Origin: Ascidiella aspersa
Lineage: Eukaryota
DNA length: 64,000 nucleotides
NCBI GenBank assembly: GCA_963924565.1
Contig: OZ004614.1
Coordinates: 16,554,001 to 16,618,000, forward strand
Direction: 5' to 3'
The notes under the pieces were generated by a model that was not told the origin of the DNA, made no database searches, and saw only the letters and a program-made list of their open reading frames with translations. The position numbers and the translations under genes are program-made. Positions 1-12,002 of the stretch are shown one piece after another; positions within the stretch are counted from its first letter, which is position 1; each line of letters opens with the position of its first letter.

Positions 1-51
1 CTATCTTAAACTACGGCGAAAATCAACTCCTGACTCAAAGCAAAATCAAAG
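1..51 (+). other. Possible upstream 5'UTR exon of the KLF gene (3' part only)
   Basis: Strong donor AAG/GTAAGA at 52, plus an otherwise unexplained acceptor with a CTAAC branch point at 1450-1480. Confidence 0.35.
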
Positions 52-1574
52 GTAAGAATGTTCAACTCTCTAGTAAAAATACGTGGGTAAATAACAAATC
101 TCAAGTAGGTCACTTAAAAAGATTGGCCATTTTATTTATATTTTGTCCGAGGTAACCCAACCTTAAAAATTAGGTATCTTGGTCCAATTCGGTTGCAGGT
201 TTATTTTTTCGTAAAACAACTGAACGGTGTCTGTTTTCCAAGTGTCAGACTTTCATTTTTTTTTACTAAAGGGGCTTATCGGTCAGTCGCATGTTCACTA
301 CAGAAATACGAAACCGACAGCGTACATTCGTAACACAAAGACGTGCACTTCTATATGCGCAAAATCATAGAACATAGAATCATAGATAGATGCACGCAAT
401 TCAAGGAGTGCTCTTTTGTGTTGTCTAAACGCGAAGACAGTGATGTAAAAAGGATGAAGCGATTCTCCATTGTATTTACAGCGCGTTAGATGATGGTGCT
501 TTCCTGGTAAGTGGACTGGCGTTTTAATTTGTAAGCCCTCGTTGTTTGCACCAATCGGTGAATAAATGCGATTTTGGCCTTTGGTCTGCTTTCTAATCGC
601 ATTTTAAGTTGGGCGAGCGCTTTTTCGCGACGCTAAGTTTTCGCCGTGAATCACGAAAACAAGCAGGCAACTGAGTTTTGGCGTAAAAGGCGACGCGACT
701 GAACGTGGCATTAAACGCATTCCGACGCGTAGGACAATATTTGCCTATCTCGAACAATGCCCGTTAAAATTATACTGCGTGATAAAACGAAATCATAGCC
801 TCAGCTTCAATAATAAATGGTAAAACATTATGTTTTGGGGCGATCGAACGTACATGGGCACTTGGTTAGTGCAGGTGCTACATAAACTATTTTCTCGACC
901 GGTTTGCAGAAACCTTTATGTACCAACTTTCCCTATTTAGTCAATTAACGTCATTATTTTAACGTTTCCGGTACAGAGAAAACTTAGCCCAGGGCGAAAT
1001 TGGCGTAAAACCGATTTTCACGCTCTTTCAGCGAACGCTGGAAAACTGTGTAAATCCCACCCCTGTGCGTCCCTTTTTCCCCTGAGCACTCGCTTAGGGC
1101 GACAACGTAGCAACGATCCGGCTTTACGCAAATAAATGACATACGAAAAAATGAGCGTCGCTCGACGACGGATGGCGGCCGGTTTGTTGGCACGTGTAAT
1201 TAAGGACTTTTCTCTGTCCCCAAGCGATACGTTTATATAGTTTAGTCTCACCCGGCGGGCGCCATTCAAAACTTGGGCGCAGCACAGCACGCAAGCTTGG
1301 GTCCGCATGTATATAAGTATATAGGTTTGAATAATCAGTGGAGATTGTTAAACAATAAACAAGCAAGTGTTGAATGGCTTTATTTTTATTAGAAGTGTAA
1401 GGTTCGACGTTCAGGCAAGGTGTAATTTTTGCTCAAGCGCGTATCTTACGCTAACTTAGACTTATTTTGCTGTTTTGCAGCTAAGCTAAACCAACGACCA
1501 ACAGCATTCCTGACGCAAAGTGCCTGGTAGACTTTACCACGCGCACGTTTAAAGCAAAGCAAGTATACGTACCA

Positions 1575-1772
1575 ATGGCTGCTGCCGTGGCTGTGAATTA
1601 TCTCTCGCCGAATTTCAACGACCCAAATCCCGCCGAACTAAGCTACTTCGACCGTTCCTTGGAGCAGGCGGCGTCGGTTTCCGAAAGCTCATCGACCTTC
1701 TCTCCCGTCTCGTCGCCCGACTACGGTTGCTTCGAGCAAGGCGTCGTGGACCAAAACGTCGACAGCATCGAG
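1575..1772 (+). CDS. KLF5: KLF5-like coding exon 1 (exon begins at acceptor 1480/1481)
   Basis: ATG at 1575 with an in-frame upstream stop. [14 protein letters not shown]...DSIE, donor AG/GTGAGA at 1773, phase 0 matches next exon. Confidence 0.75.
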
Positions 1773-4700
1773 GTGAGAGAGACAGTTGTTGTTTTGCGCT
1801 CGGCTGCTTCACTGTAACCTACTTACACTTGCAAAATGCGCACCCCTGTGTTGCCAGCGCCTGGCTTCAGGCATGCGTTACGCCCGGGACATCCGATGCT
1901 GGAAAAAGTTGCGCGGTTTCTTTAGGTTTGCTTTGACTACCTTTTTATCTTGGTTGGCGCCGCCTGGCGCGTTGGCTATCATGTGCCACAGCGGTTACAT
2001 GGGTGATAAAATTAAGTCACCCTTTACCCCCGATCACCCCGCACCCTCACCGACTGCGCGACCCTATAAAGTGACTCGTCGTTGTGCAGGAAATTGCTCA
2101 GTAAAGGGCAAACAGGCCGCTTGTAGTGACTGGAAGCTTGTCTATCCTGTTGTCACCTATTCCAACACGCGAAACTCAAACACTTTTGACCTGGGCTAAA
2201 ATCTCCCCTGCTTAGTCATATCGCGGTGGGTGCCCGAACACTTGAATTGGCTAAGCGGCCTATTCATGGAGAATAAATAGGACCAAAGCGTTGAACGTGT
2301 TTAAATATTGAAGTTTACCAGTAGCCTTTTCGCGATTCCATACGTGAGCTGTATATTAATACGAAAACCAACTACCTAAATCTAAAGCTATTAAATTTTA
2401 CAAATGTTCGGTTGACGAAGTGTCAAAAGAAAACAAACAAACATCGATTCTTGCAACAATCGAGTGTCGGTATTTTCGATAATGTACGTGTTTACTTTTC
2501 AATGACGACAAATCGGAAATGGCTGTTTGGCTTGCGGCAGGGCCATGGACTTCGAACGACTATTTGTTCGTGGCCACTTAACCAAGCCTCCGTCGGAGCC
2601 GTTTTATAGGGTACTTGAACGGTAAAGCTCTTTATATCAGAATGCTTCTAGATCCAAGTAAGATAAGGTAAACAGATCATAAATATCCAATGATTGTAGC
2701 TAAAATATTGTGCAGTAATATTCCATATAATTGTTTAACATCGCGCGTGTTTGACGAACCATTCGCCTTTCCCGTTCTTTCAGCGTGTATATTTATAAAC
2801 ACTTCTGATCCTTTGTCATTCAAGCGCATGGCGTATTGCTCTTCCCGCCATTTTCCAATGTTCATTTCCTGGCGTTTTCATGTTTTTTCAGTGACGTCAC
2901 ACCAATTCCATTGTGACGTAACAGCAATATGTGGGGGCCTTTGCGCGTGAATGCCTCAGACAGTCGGGGATCACAGATCAAATTAAACATAATTTGATTT
3001 GCTGTTCCGTAACACGCTAAAATAGTGGCGGGCAAAGAATCGTTTATCAGGGTATGAATATTGCGATACCTGAAATTTCTCCAAACGCTCTGCTGATCAA
3101 ATTATTTCCTTTATTCTATGTGTAAGGCGTGCATTCGTGTTTTTAAATGAGACCTGAAACGCCCAAACTTAAAAGTGATTTATTTTCCCCATAAAAAGTA
3201 TCTACAAAAAGTAAAATCTCCCATTACGCTCGATAGTCAAATGCTTTTCTAAAAATCCAAACTTCGTTTTTTGCTATTTAATGACCGAATTAACAATGTA
3301 GGACGACGTTTCATTTGGACAACATTAAAACAAATCTTAACCTTGAATTAAAAAAAATATTTCTATATCTTGTTGCTTCTTGTTTGTCTGACGTGAGGTT
3401 TGCGAGGGATTTTATTGAATATCTAAAAAAACGAACTCGGCATTTCGGGGCAAGACGCTTTTGAAGCGCGGCGTTTATAAAGTGAAGTATGTGCACGTCA
3501 AACATACAAAGAGAAACTCGGACACCTGGACAAACAATTTGCTCTTGTTTTCGCTGTACTCGTCTTTTCAGGCAAGTGCAAATCAACTGGGACTCGAGCT
3601 GAGCGTAATTTGGCACCCCATTGTAGTGGTATAGCATGATGTGAATTATTTTCCCGTTTGCGGTACATTGTATAGTCATGCTTTATATATAGCAATAACC
3701 ATCACCGTTTGTAGCTTGACTTGCTGTGAAATAGAAGGCCTTTTATTTTTGACGTTAACAACTATAGACGCCATTAGGCCGTTATTTGTTATAGTTTTAT
3801 TGACTTTCGTGCGAGAAAAAAATGGTAACCGGAAACAGCTATCAAGCTGACAGCAGCATGATTTGATCTACATGAAATGGGTACAAACTAGCAATTAGGT
3901 GTTTTATTAAGAACAATTGTATTACAAAATACTAATAAAACTTAGGCTTAAAACAGAACTACGTCCAACAAATTGCACCGTTATATCGCGCGAGTTTTCA
4001 GTGCTTGCCAGCGCGCTTAATAAATGGCAGCACCGCACACAGGGCCAAGGCCAACGCTAAACGAGCGGGGAGCAATTTCATGGAGCAGACCTTGTTTGTC
4101 GCGTAGTCGGATACACGGAAAGCTACTTAACTAATCCACTGGTCGACGCCTGATGCCGGCTCATAAGGGCAACGCGACGAGGCAAAAAGGACCTCTTTGT
4201 CGCACATACGGCCAATTGGGCCGAAACAACAAGACGGCAAATATGTGTACGTGATACACCTATAAAAGGTTCAGACATTGTCACATTGTATAGCGTCAAC
4301 GCTACGTGCTAGGTTGTTTTTTGTTTGTTATGACACAACCTAATTTGTCAAACAGATAGATTCGTAAGAAAATTTAAAACCCTAAAGCGTAGTTCACTCC
4401 CGTCTATTTGCACTCCCTGTTGTAATCGAATTAAACTACAATTATTGCACCGAGGTCCAGAAACCGTTTTTACTACGTGAATGCGTTGGTACTCCTCGTA
4501 GTGGATTAAAGTTGTGTGGCGCGCACACATATCTAAATATTTTTGGCAGTTTCGGGGCTTGCCTGGGGTTAATTTATTTTGCCCCCGTGTCGGCCTTTGA
4601 ACGCGCAGCCGTCCTCTTTGCACAGCGCTACACAACAAACACAAACCAACTCGGGCCTTTGTCTTCTCGGTTTCAATTTGTAACGTCATTATGCCAGCAT

Positions 4701-7700
4701 CATCGTCGGCTTGGGCTAAAACGATGATGACCTGTTGCGCTTTGATCGCCATTCGAGCAAAAACATTGTCAACAAGGCAAACAGTGGGTGTTTAAACAGA
4801 TTTCGCGCCGTGGCCCTCTCCATCACAGAGGCGCAATTGGGCAGGAGCCCAGTTATGCACAGTGCACATATAAGTATAAACGCGGCGCCCCCATTAAGCT
4901 CTGTCCATTCTATATCAAAGGAAGCGCGTCAATGCGGCCTCAAGTATTTCTTTCTTTCGGGCAGTTATACGACGGAGTGATATTGTTTGTTCGGCACTTT
5001 AGAAATCAAATGTGGTGTGAACAAGCGTCGGTCTGATGTTGTTTTACAGAAAGAACAATGCGTTAAAATTTTTTTTTTTCGGTGAATATTAAATAGTAAT
5101 TCCTATAACGGGGCGAAATACTAATTTATGCACAAAATGTTAGATTACTATAAGTTAACCCAAAACACTCACCAACAAAACATTGGGGTGAAACTCTCTT
5201 TATTTTAACTTAAAATAGTTTAGACTTCCGGTTGAAGGACATGAAGATCAGGTTCAGGCTACTTAACGTATTCCGTTTTTGTTCCAGGGTCCCATGGGCG
5301 AATACTACATGAGTCCAGAAATCAACACAGCTCCGATGAAAAACGTCTCCGCTGACGTATCGATGCCCCCTCCCGCTTTCCAATCACGGCCGACCTTCGC
5401 ATCTGACCCAAGCACCTTCCGACGGGAGAGCGCTTCCGACATTCACGACATACTTAATTGTCCGCGCACGCCGTGCCACGGTACGAACGAACTTCGGGCG
5501 GGAATTTGTTTTGAAGTGCATTTGGCACCACTTTGCATTTCATTCAGTTCCTCGGTGGAAATGCTTTATACATGCACACTTATCGTTATTTACCGAAGAA
5601 ATTCAATTGGAACAAACCTTAGCGTTGAAGGCCCCACTTATTTAACCATATTGTCTACGGATTAGGACATTTGCACACTAAATACTAAATCGTGTGTAAA
5701 AAAATATTTATAGTTAGTTAAAATATCAAATAAATGTGTTGCTGTTTCGCACAGGTTTCCTCAACAACAACTGTCAGGCGCACAACTCGAACGTCTACCA
5801 ACAAGCGAACAACTACAGCAACGTGGACACCGTCGGCAACATGTCGTGTCTCAATCTCAACTTCAACGTGGTGGTCAAGCAGCAAAACACCCACCACTTT
5901 CACGGCGCATCACCACAGCACTCGCCTAGTCGCGATGTGCAGACGCAGGGATCCGTTTCCCCTCCAATAAGCCCTAACAACATAAACAGCAACATCCCGC
6001 CTGTGTCAAGCTTTATCAAGGCGTCGGATGCAGTACTTTACCCTTCCTCCCCCATCTCCAATGCAGCCATCTCACCGGTAAGCTCACCAATGTACACTGG
6101 CAACCAAGATGCGACTATGTACCAGAGGTCGCGACTTTCTTCTGAATCCGAGGTCTGTTTCGATCAGCGCAGACATGCGTCCCTTCCTTCAATCGCCGTC
6201 ACGGCCCAAGATGAGAGCAACCAGATGAATTTCTACCAACGGACAAGATCGACCAGTCTCACCACAGATCGGTGCTCGCTTCCTTCAGCTTCTCCCAACC
6301 CGATGTCACCTAGCCACGTTCCACCTCAGGCTTGCTCGCCTGTCAACCTCATCTCGAGGCAACAGCAGTACCCAGTTAAAAGCGAGGTCGTGGAGTGCGT
6401 GCCCAGCATGCAGGGCGCCTGGGAAAACCAAGCGTTGCCAAACATGCAGTTTGAAAGCGCGACGCCGGCCGCATACCAAAACGCTAGACGATGCAGCACC
6501 GAAGTAAATCCGCAGCTGAACGGACACCTAACACCGAAAGAAGAGAAGCAGTCCTTTATTGAAACCCCTTATACTAATACCAACAATATAAGCTACAGTG
6601 AAAGCAACTTTCCCCCAAATCACCAGCCCATCTTCCCTCCGCATCAGATCAACTTCCCTTCCATTCTTGATACGTCCGCCGAACCCGGTGCCATCCAACA
6701 GCAGCAGCACCAACAACACCATAACCAGATGCTGCACCAGCATCACATGCACCATCATCACCATCACCAGCAGGAGATGCAACTCCAGCAACAACAGCAG
6801 AGAAGCGAGTTGACCCAACACCGACGTCACCACCCTTACATGGGAATGACGGTGCCCCCCTCTTACCCAATGGCAGTGAACGGCACGATACCGTACAGGC
6901 CGAGGTACAGTCGCCGAAACAACCCCGAGCTGGAGAAGAAGCGAGTCCACAAATGTAACCACACAGGTATATATTTATTCTAATAGTCTCAAGTTTCAAA
7001 CCAACCGAATATAACCATAGCGCAGCTTTATGACAACCTGCTTTTTCTACTGCACCTAAATTTATTTGCGGGCAACAGGGTACAGGCATAATACGCCTAA
7101 TGCAAACAGTTACAGGCAAAATGTATTGCTTTGCTCCAAATGTCGCATCATCGGTGTCAGTGAGCATTAGGGGTAGTCGGTAATCTCCCAAATTTTGCCT
7201 TACGCTCTTGTGGGACGCGCGCCACGGAAGGGCGTGTTGTTTTCCGCACTGTTTCTCCTGATTTTTAGCTCGATTAAAAAGCGAAGGGTAATTCCTTACT
7301 TTTCACGGGAGCAACCATTTTGAACCTTAACCACGCGGCAGTAACCGTCGTGCAATTGCCACAGCTCGCAAGTACTGCTTGGTTGAAAGGAATGCGGCGT
7401 GGCGATGTATGGCAACAGTGATTTTAGGTAGCGACCGGCAGTAAGCCCCAGCAGCCGCACGACACGCTTAGCGTTGCACGCGAAAGTTTTTTTGGCTTTT
7501 AGACGGGGCCTTTTTCTTCGAGGGGTCAGGGCTGTTGACAGGGGCGGCCATGCGTGATGGGGTGCGTGCAGGCGGCGAAATGCCTCTCACCGTTTTCGTG
7601 CTAGAAATTTGATTAGCCCGTAACGTTTACGGCGCCAGGTTTTCCTTCAGAGCGGAACATGCTGGGAGTGGTGGTCAACCTTGGCTTTAGACTGATGCGG

Positions 7701-10225
7701 CGAAATAACCTGCGCATCACTGAATCGATATGCAAATAATTTAGTCTAACATTAAAACACAACAAGTACTTTCTTTGCCATGTTTGTGTATATATGATTT
7801 ATTGACTTAAAAAAATATTGTAAACAAATATAAGCCGGCTTATAATATTAATTACGCGCAATTTTGATATCTGCAATATTTGTTTTTCCGTGGTTTAAAC
7901 AGCACTGCGCAAGCTAAATACGAGTCTTGTGTTTGTTTGCATGTTTTTATTTTAGAAGCCCGAAACAAAAACATTTACAAACAGATTTCGGAAGTGGGCG
8001 CGAAATTTACGTTCGGCGCAACTTTTGAAATCGCCCGATCTCTTATCATTTTATCAACAAACAGTAACGAGCATAATGTGAGCACTCATTATCGCCCCAA
8101 AGGTTCCAGCATGCAAATCGCGCGGCTTCGCTCTGCTCTGCTCGCTTGTTTACGTAAATGCGGGCTACGGGACGACTCAGAATGGCCAAAGCCGGTCACG
8201 ACTTTTTGTGATAATTTTTCCGTGCCGTCTTAGTGTTTTATTACCGAAATTCCCCGTTGCGCGACCGTAAAGCTTACCCCGCTAGCTATAATCTAGACTC
8301 TATATAACAACACGCGAACTTGCGCAACGGCAACGCACGTCCTGCCGGTCGGTTGGTCGGTCCGCATGTTTGTTTATGTCCACCTCTCTCGCGGCGTCAG
8401 TTTTCCGCTAAAATTGCGGCGAAATTCTTTAAGCGCATTTTCAAGCGACGCCCATTTTCCGCGCAACACAGTTCAGTCGGTTGACTAGCAAAAGCAGAGC
8501 TAAATGCCGTGTGCATGCGTGTGTGCGATTTTAAAATCAATTCGAGAAAACCAAGCCAAACAGTAAAATTTAATTTCAAAATTACTCCCCTTCCCCTCTA
8601 AGTAATGAACTAAACCGATATGCATGGATGGGTGTGATTATAGTGGCATTTGTGCTTATTATTTGTGCTATTTATAGGTGTGCCACGAAAATTAGGACGT
8701 ATGGGGTTGAACGCATTCTTGCAAGGGCTTTGTGTGCAAACGCCGCACAAACTCTAACCGTTACTGTTATGTTTCTTTTGCGCAGGATGCACCAAAGCCT
8801 ACACGAAGAGTTCACATTTAAAGGCTCACCAACGAACCCACACAGGTAAGAAACTGTACCCTAACCTAGTATAAAATCACCAATAAAAACAGAATAACCA
8901 AATAAAGTGACAAAAATTAACTGACCATAATGGTGACGCGTGACCACTAAATAAAAAAATATTGCTGCATAAAAACTGATATTGTGTGAATTGTAATGCA
9001 GCCCACTGAACCTCGCAAAACTAAATCATGAGCATACGAAATTCATTTCTTTCAAATTTAACAATAATCTGGCGATACAACAAAGTCTCTAGATCTAGAT
9101 GTTTTTGCCAAGTCTGGCGCCTGGATAATTACGGGGTCATCTTTTCTGGTCTCGCATGATTCCACTCACGGAGCGCATGCTTTTCCGTCGCTACGCTTCA
9201 ACGAGCACATATGGAAACTGCTCGAAATTGGGCCTGACGTAGATGGGGCCAACTGACAAACAAAATTCCTTTGTGCCCCTATAGCTAATGTAACGGTTGT
9301 TTTGATGCTAAAATTTTGCTTTTAGGGAAAAAAGTGCTGAAAGTGTAGTAAACTTAACCATTGCAACGTAGGAAAGCAACATTTCCAGCACAGAAGCTAT
9401 TTATTGTTATCTTTTGAAAGAGTAATAAAAAACGCAACATGGAGTAAACACATTTTAATTGAGTTTACAATTCTTATAAAATTTCGATATTTTAGCTTTC
9501 AAAGGAAAACACGTCTAACAAAAAGACACTTTTCACAGTCAGTCGGAGCCGTGTATAAGTTCTACCCGACCGACCTTGTATGGCCCTTTGAAATGGCTTT
9601 GTTAAAAATAATACAACAACAAAGTAACAACAACAAAGCAAGGCAATTGCGTCATTCGTTGCGCTTGATGGCCGTAAAAGGAAATAAGTCAGACGACTCG
9701 GGGACAAGTCTAATAGAAATCAATTTATGCATAAACTTGACAAAAGAATGAATTTGTGGCTCTTCACTCCACATATCTCGTTGATCTATTTGCGAGAAAC
9801 GCCAATGCAGATAGTTGACTGCCGTATCTTACTCAGGATATTTCAGTTTAATTGAGCGAATACAAAAATAAAATGTAATATTTTATGTGTGAGCATTGGA
9901 GCATAATGGTAGGAAGAAAAAATTGAAATGAATAAAGGGTTATTCGAAACGTTTGAAACGATACCTACTTCTATACATGAGCTTTGATATTTGTAAGCAG
10001 TTCCCAACCGCCTGACGACGCTCAACATTCTCCTTTTGTTTTCCAGGCGAAAAGCCCTACACGTGCAACTGGCAAGGATGCGACTGGCGATTCGCGCGTT
10101 CCGACGAGCTGACCAGGCACATGCGCAAACACACCGGAGCCAAGCCCTTCAAGTGCCTTGTATGTGGAAGGTGCTTCTCCCGGTCGGACCACCTCTCCCT
10201 GCACATGAAGCGACACCAGGCCTAA
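1575..10225 (+). CDS. KLF5: Kruppel-like factor 5-type C2H2 zinc-finger transcription factor (spliced; 613 aa)
   Basis: Exons 1575-1772, 5288-5480, 5755-6966, 8786-8845, 10047-10225 join in frame (phases 0,1,1,1; 1842 nt), all GT-AG. C-terminus [100 protein letters not shown]. The RYxRRxNPxLEK pre-finger segment, GAKPF linker and upstream PPSY match vertebrate KLF5 as I recall it. Confidence 0.92.
5288..5480 (+). CDS. KLF5: KLF5-like coding exon 2
   Basis: Acceptor ttttgttccag; [11 protein letters not shown]...RTPCH; donor CG/GTACGA; phase 0-1. Confidence 0.8.
5755..6966 (+). CDS. KLF5: KLF5-like coding exon 3 (S/P/Q-rich region, polyQ/H, PPSY, start of finger 1)
   Basis: Inside the 415-aa ORF; acceptor tttcgcacag, donor AG/GTATAT after KCNHT. 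Confidence 0.92.
6697..6800 (+). repeat. Coding CAG/CAA/CAC/CAT low-complexity tract (polyQ/polyH)
   Basis: [35 protein letters not shown]. Confidence 0.9.
8786..8845 (+). CDS. KLF5: KLF5-like coding exon 4 (60 nt, finger 1)
   Basis: [21 protein letters not shown]; acceptor cttttgcgcag, donor AG/GTAAGA. Confidence 0.95.
10047..10225 (+). CDS. KLF5: KLF5-like last coding exon (fingers 2-3, stop)
   Basis: [24 protein letters not shown]...[17 protein letters not shown]; acceptor ttttgttttccag. Confidence 0.95.
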
Positions 10226-10889
10226 GCTCTGCATGGAGCTTCTCTGCGTGGCTTACAACGCAAGAAAAAAATCTTTGTATTGCAAGTTTGTGCCGATGCT
10301 TTTTAGTCGCTTATGTGGTGGCTTGCACGCATCGACCCCGCGAGTGTACAGACGGTGCCGTACAGGTCGAAACTACATCTCAGGAAAATACACATGTCGT
10401 CTATAGGCTGCATGACTACAAGCACTCTATATGGCGGCAGAACACGAATCGCTCGTTCCGAGTGTGATAACCATTACCTATTGGCGAACACGAATCACAA
10501 ATACCCTTATCCGACTTCCATACTCTCACAAAGTTTCACCCTGATGCACCAAATTCTTGCTTCTTCAAAATTGTTAAACGCTTTCTATCTTCTTCAAGGG
10601 AACACCCCCTAAACCGCGACCAGAGTCCATGGCTTTTTGGAATCGCTCTGTAACTATATAAAAATACAGCGTTGTTGCTTGTATTTTTTCGATATACGAA
10701 GCATAACAAAAACTACGGAAGGGTGCTAATTGCAGCACCTTACAAAAACTAAAAGTTTCTAACCATTGTAATTATGTTCCAAGCGATACTTTTGCTATAC
10801 TTATTAATATATATTCTAATGTTCCAAGTCGAATTTTTCTTGTTCCCTGTGCGTTTCTTTTTGTACTTTATCTGTTTGTTTTTGTTTCA

Positions 10890-10920
10890 GCGCACGCGCG
10901 CGCATGTGTGTGTGTGTGTG
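10890..10920. repeat. (GC)n/(TG)n alternating purine-pyrimidine tract
   Basis: gcgcacgcgcgcgcatgtgtgtgtgtgtgtg. Confidence 0.85.
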
Positions 10921-11849
10921 ATTGTAAAGGTACGTTTTTGTTTCGTGGAGAGCCAGTTGCACTTACATGCATTTCCGCATCTGTAGAAGATATAACATAT
11001 TCGCATATAATCTCCCTCCAATCATATTGATACCATCCTCTTTACCGCTTTGATAATTGATCTCACCCGCTGCCTATTGTAATCTCAACACATAAGCCAA
11101 TTTTCTCATCCATTTATCCAGTCAATTATAATTTTGAAAGGAAAGGTAATTTTGAACACCAAACCTTCATGTTCCCTAGCCAACCACTTAAAGCTGCACC
11201 GCAATTACGCGATATCTCAAACCACAATTACAACATTGCCTCGACATGTTGGATGCCTAAAGCCACTATTTCGTTCATGTCAAAGCCGTAACCGATGAGC
11301 CACAAATAAACGACCTTTTTCCGTAAAAAATACCGCTTTGCAAATAAACTGACATACATTTTCCCGCTGTGCATTGCTCCCCATAATACCTACTGTATAG
11401 CCTCGCTTTGTAAAATTCGCAAATGACATGTGGCATTTTTGTCGCCGAAAAACGAATCAATGCGTGTGTGATCGAATGAAGAATATGTTCTATTTTCGCC
11501 AACTTTTAACGTATTATTTGTTGATTTTATTTAAAAATATACAAGTTTGTACGTTGCTGTACTCCTTCTCTGTGCAAAGTGACTACGACAAACGTATAGT
11601 TTGCATATTGTTGTTTTTTTTGTGCTTTTTTCAAATATACATATATATTTACGACAAGGAAAATCCTTTGCGATTTTTCTGCTCCTTTTTACCCTGCGTT
11701 CCGCAAAGATTTTGTGGACTTCCCTACTTTTTCTTTACTTACTAACAAAAACAACAAGCCGCAAACGGCCGACTCGCGCCGCGGTAATACGACGAAACCT
11801 TTACTAATAATACTGCTTTACCCGATTTTATTTGTTACGACCTGTCACC

Positions 11850-11877
11850 GTTGTTGTTTTTGTTGTTGTTGTTGTTG
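11850..11877. repeat. (TTG)n microsatellite
   Basis: ttgttgtttttgttgttgttgttgttg. Confidence 0.8.
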
Positions 11878-11996
11878 CCAAAATGTTGCGTTCTGCTATC
11901 TTCAACCGTTCATATTGCAGTACATTTAATGGTTTAGAGATGGTATTTTTACCACACGGTACAATTAACAATACATGCTGCTGTATTATTTTCAAA

Positions 11997-12002
11997 AATA
12001 AA
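11997..12002 (+). terminator. Candidate polyadenylation signal of KLF gene
   Basis: AATAAA at the end of the U-rich tract. Confidence 0.45.

Noticed and set aside
6306-7191. Minus-strand ORFs (73-180 aa) over KLF exon 3
   Set aside because: Antisense shadows of a CAN-rich coding exon; no independent domain signal.
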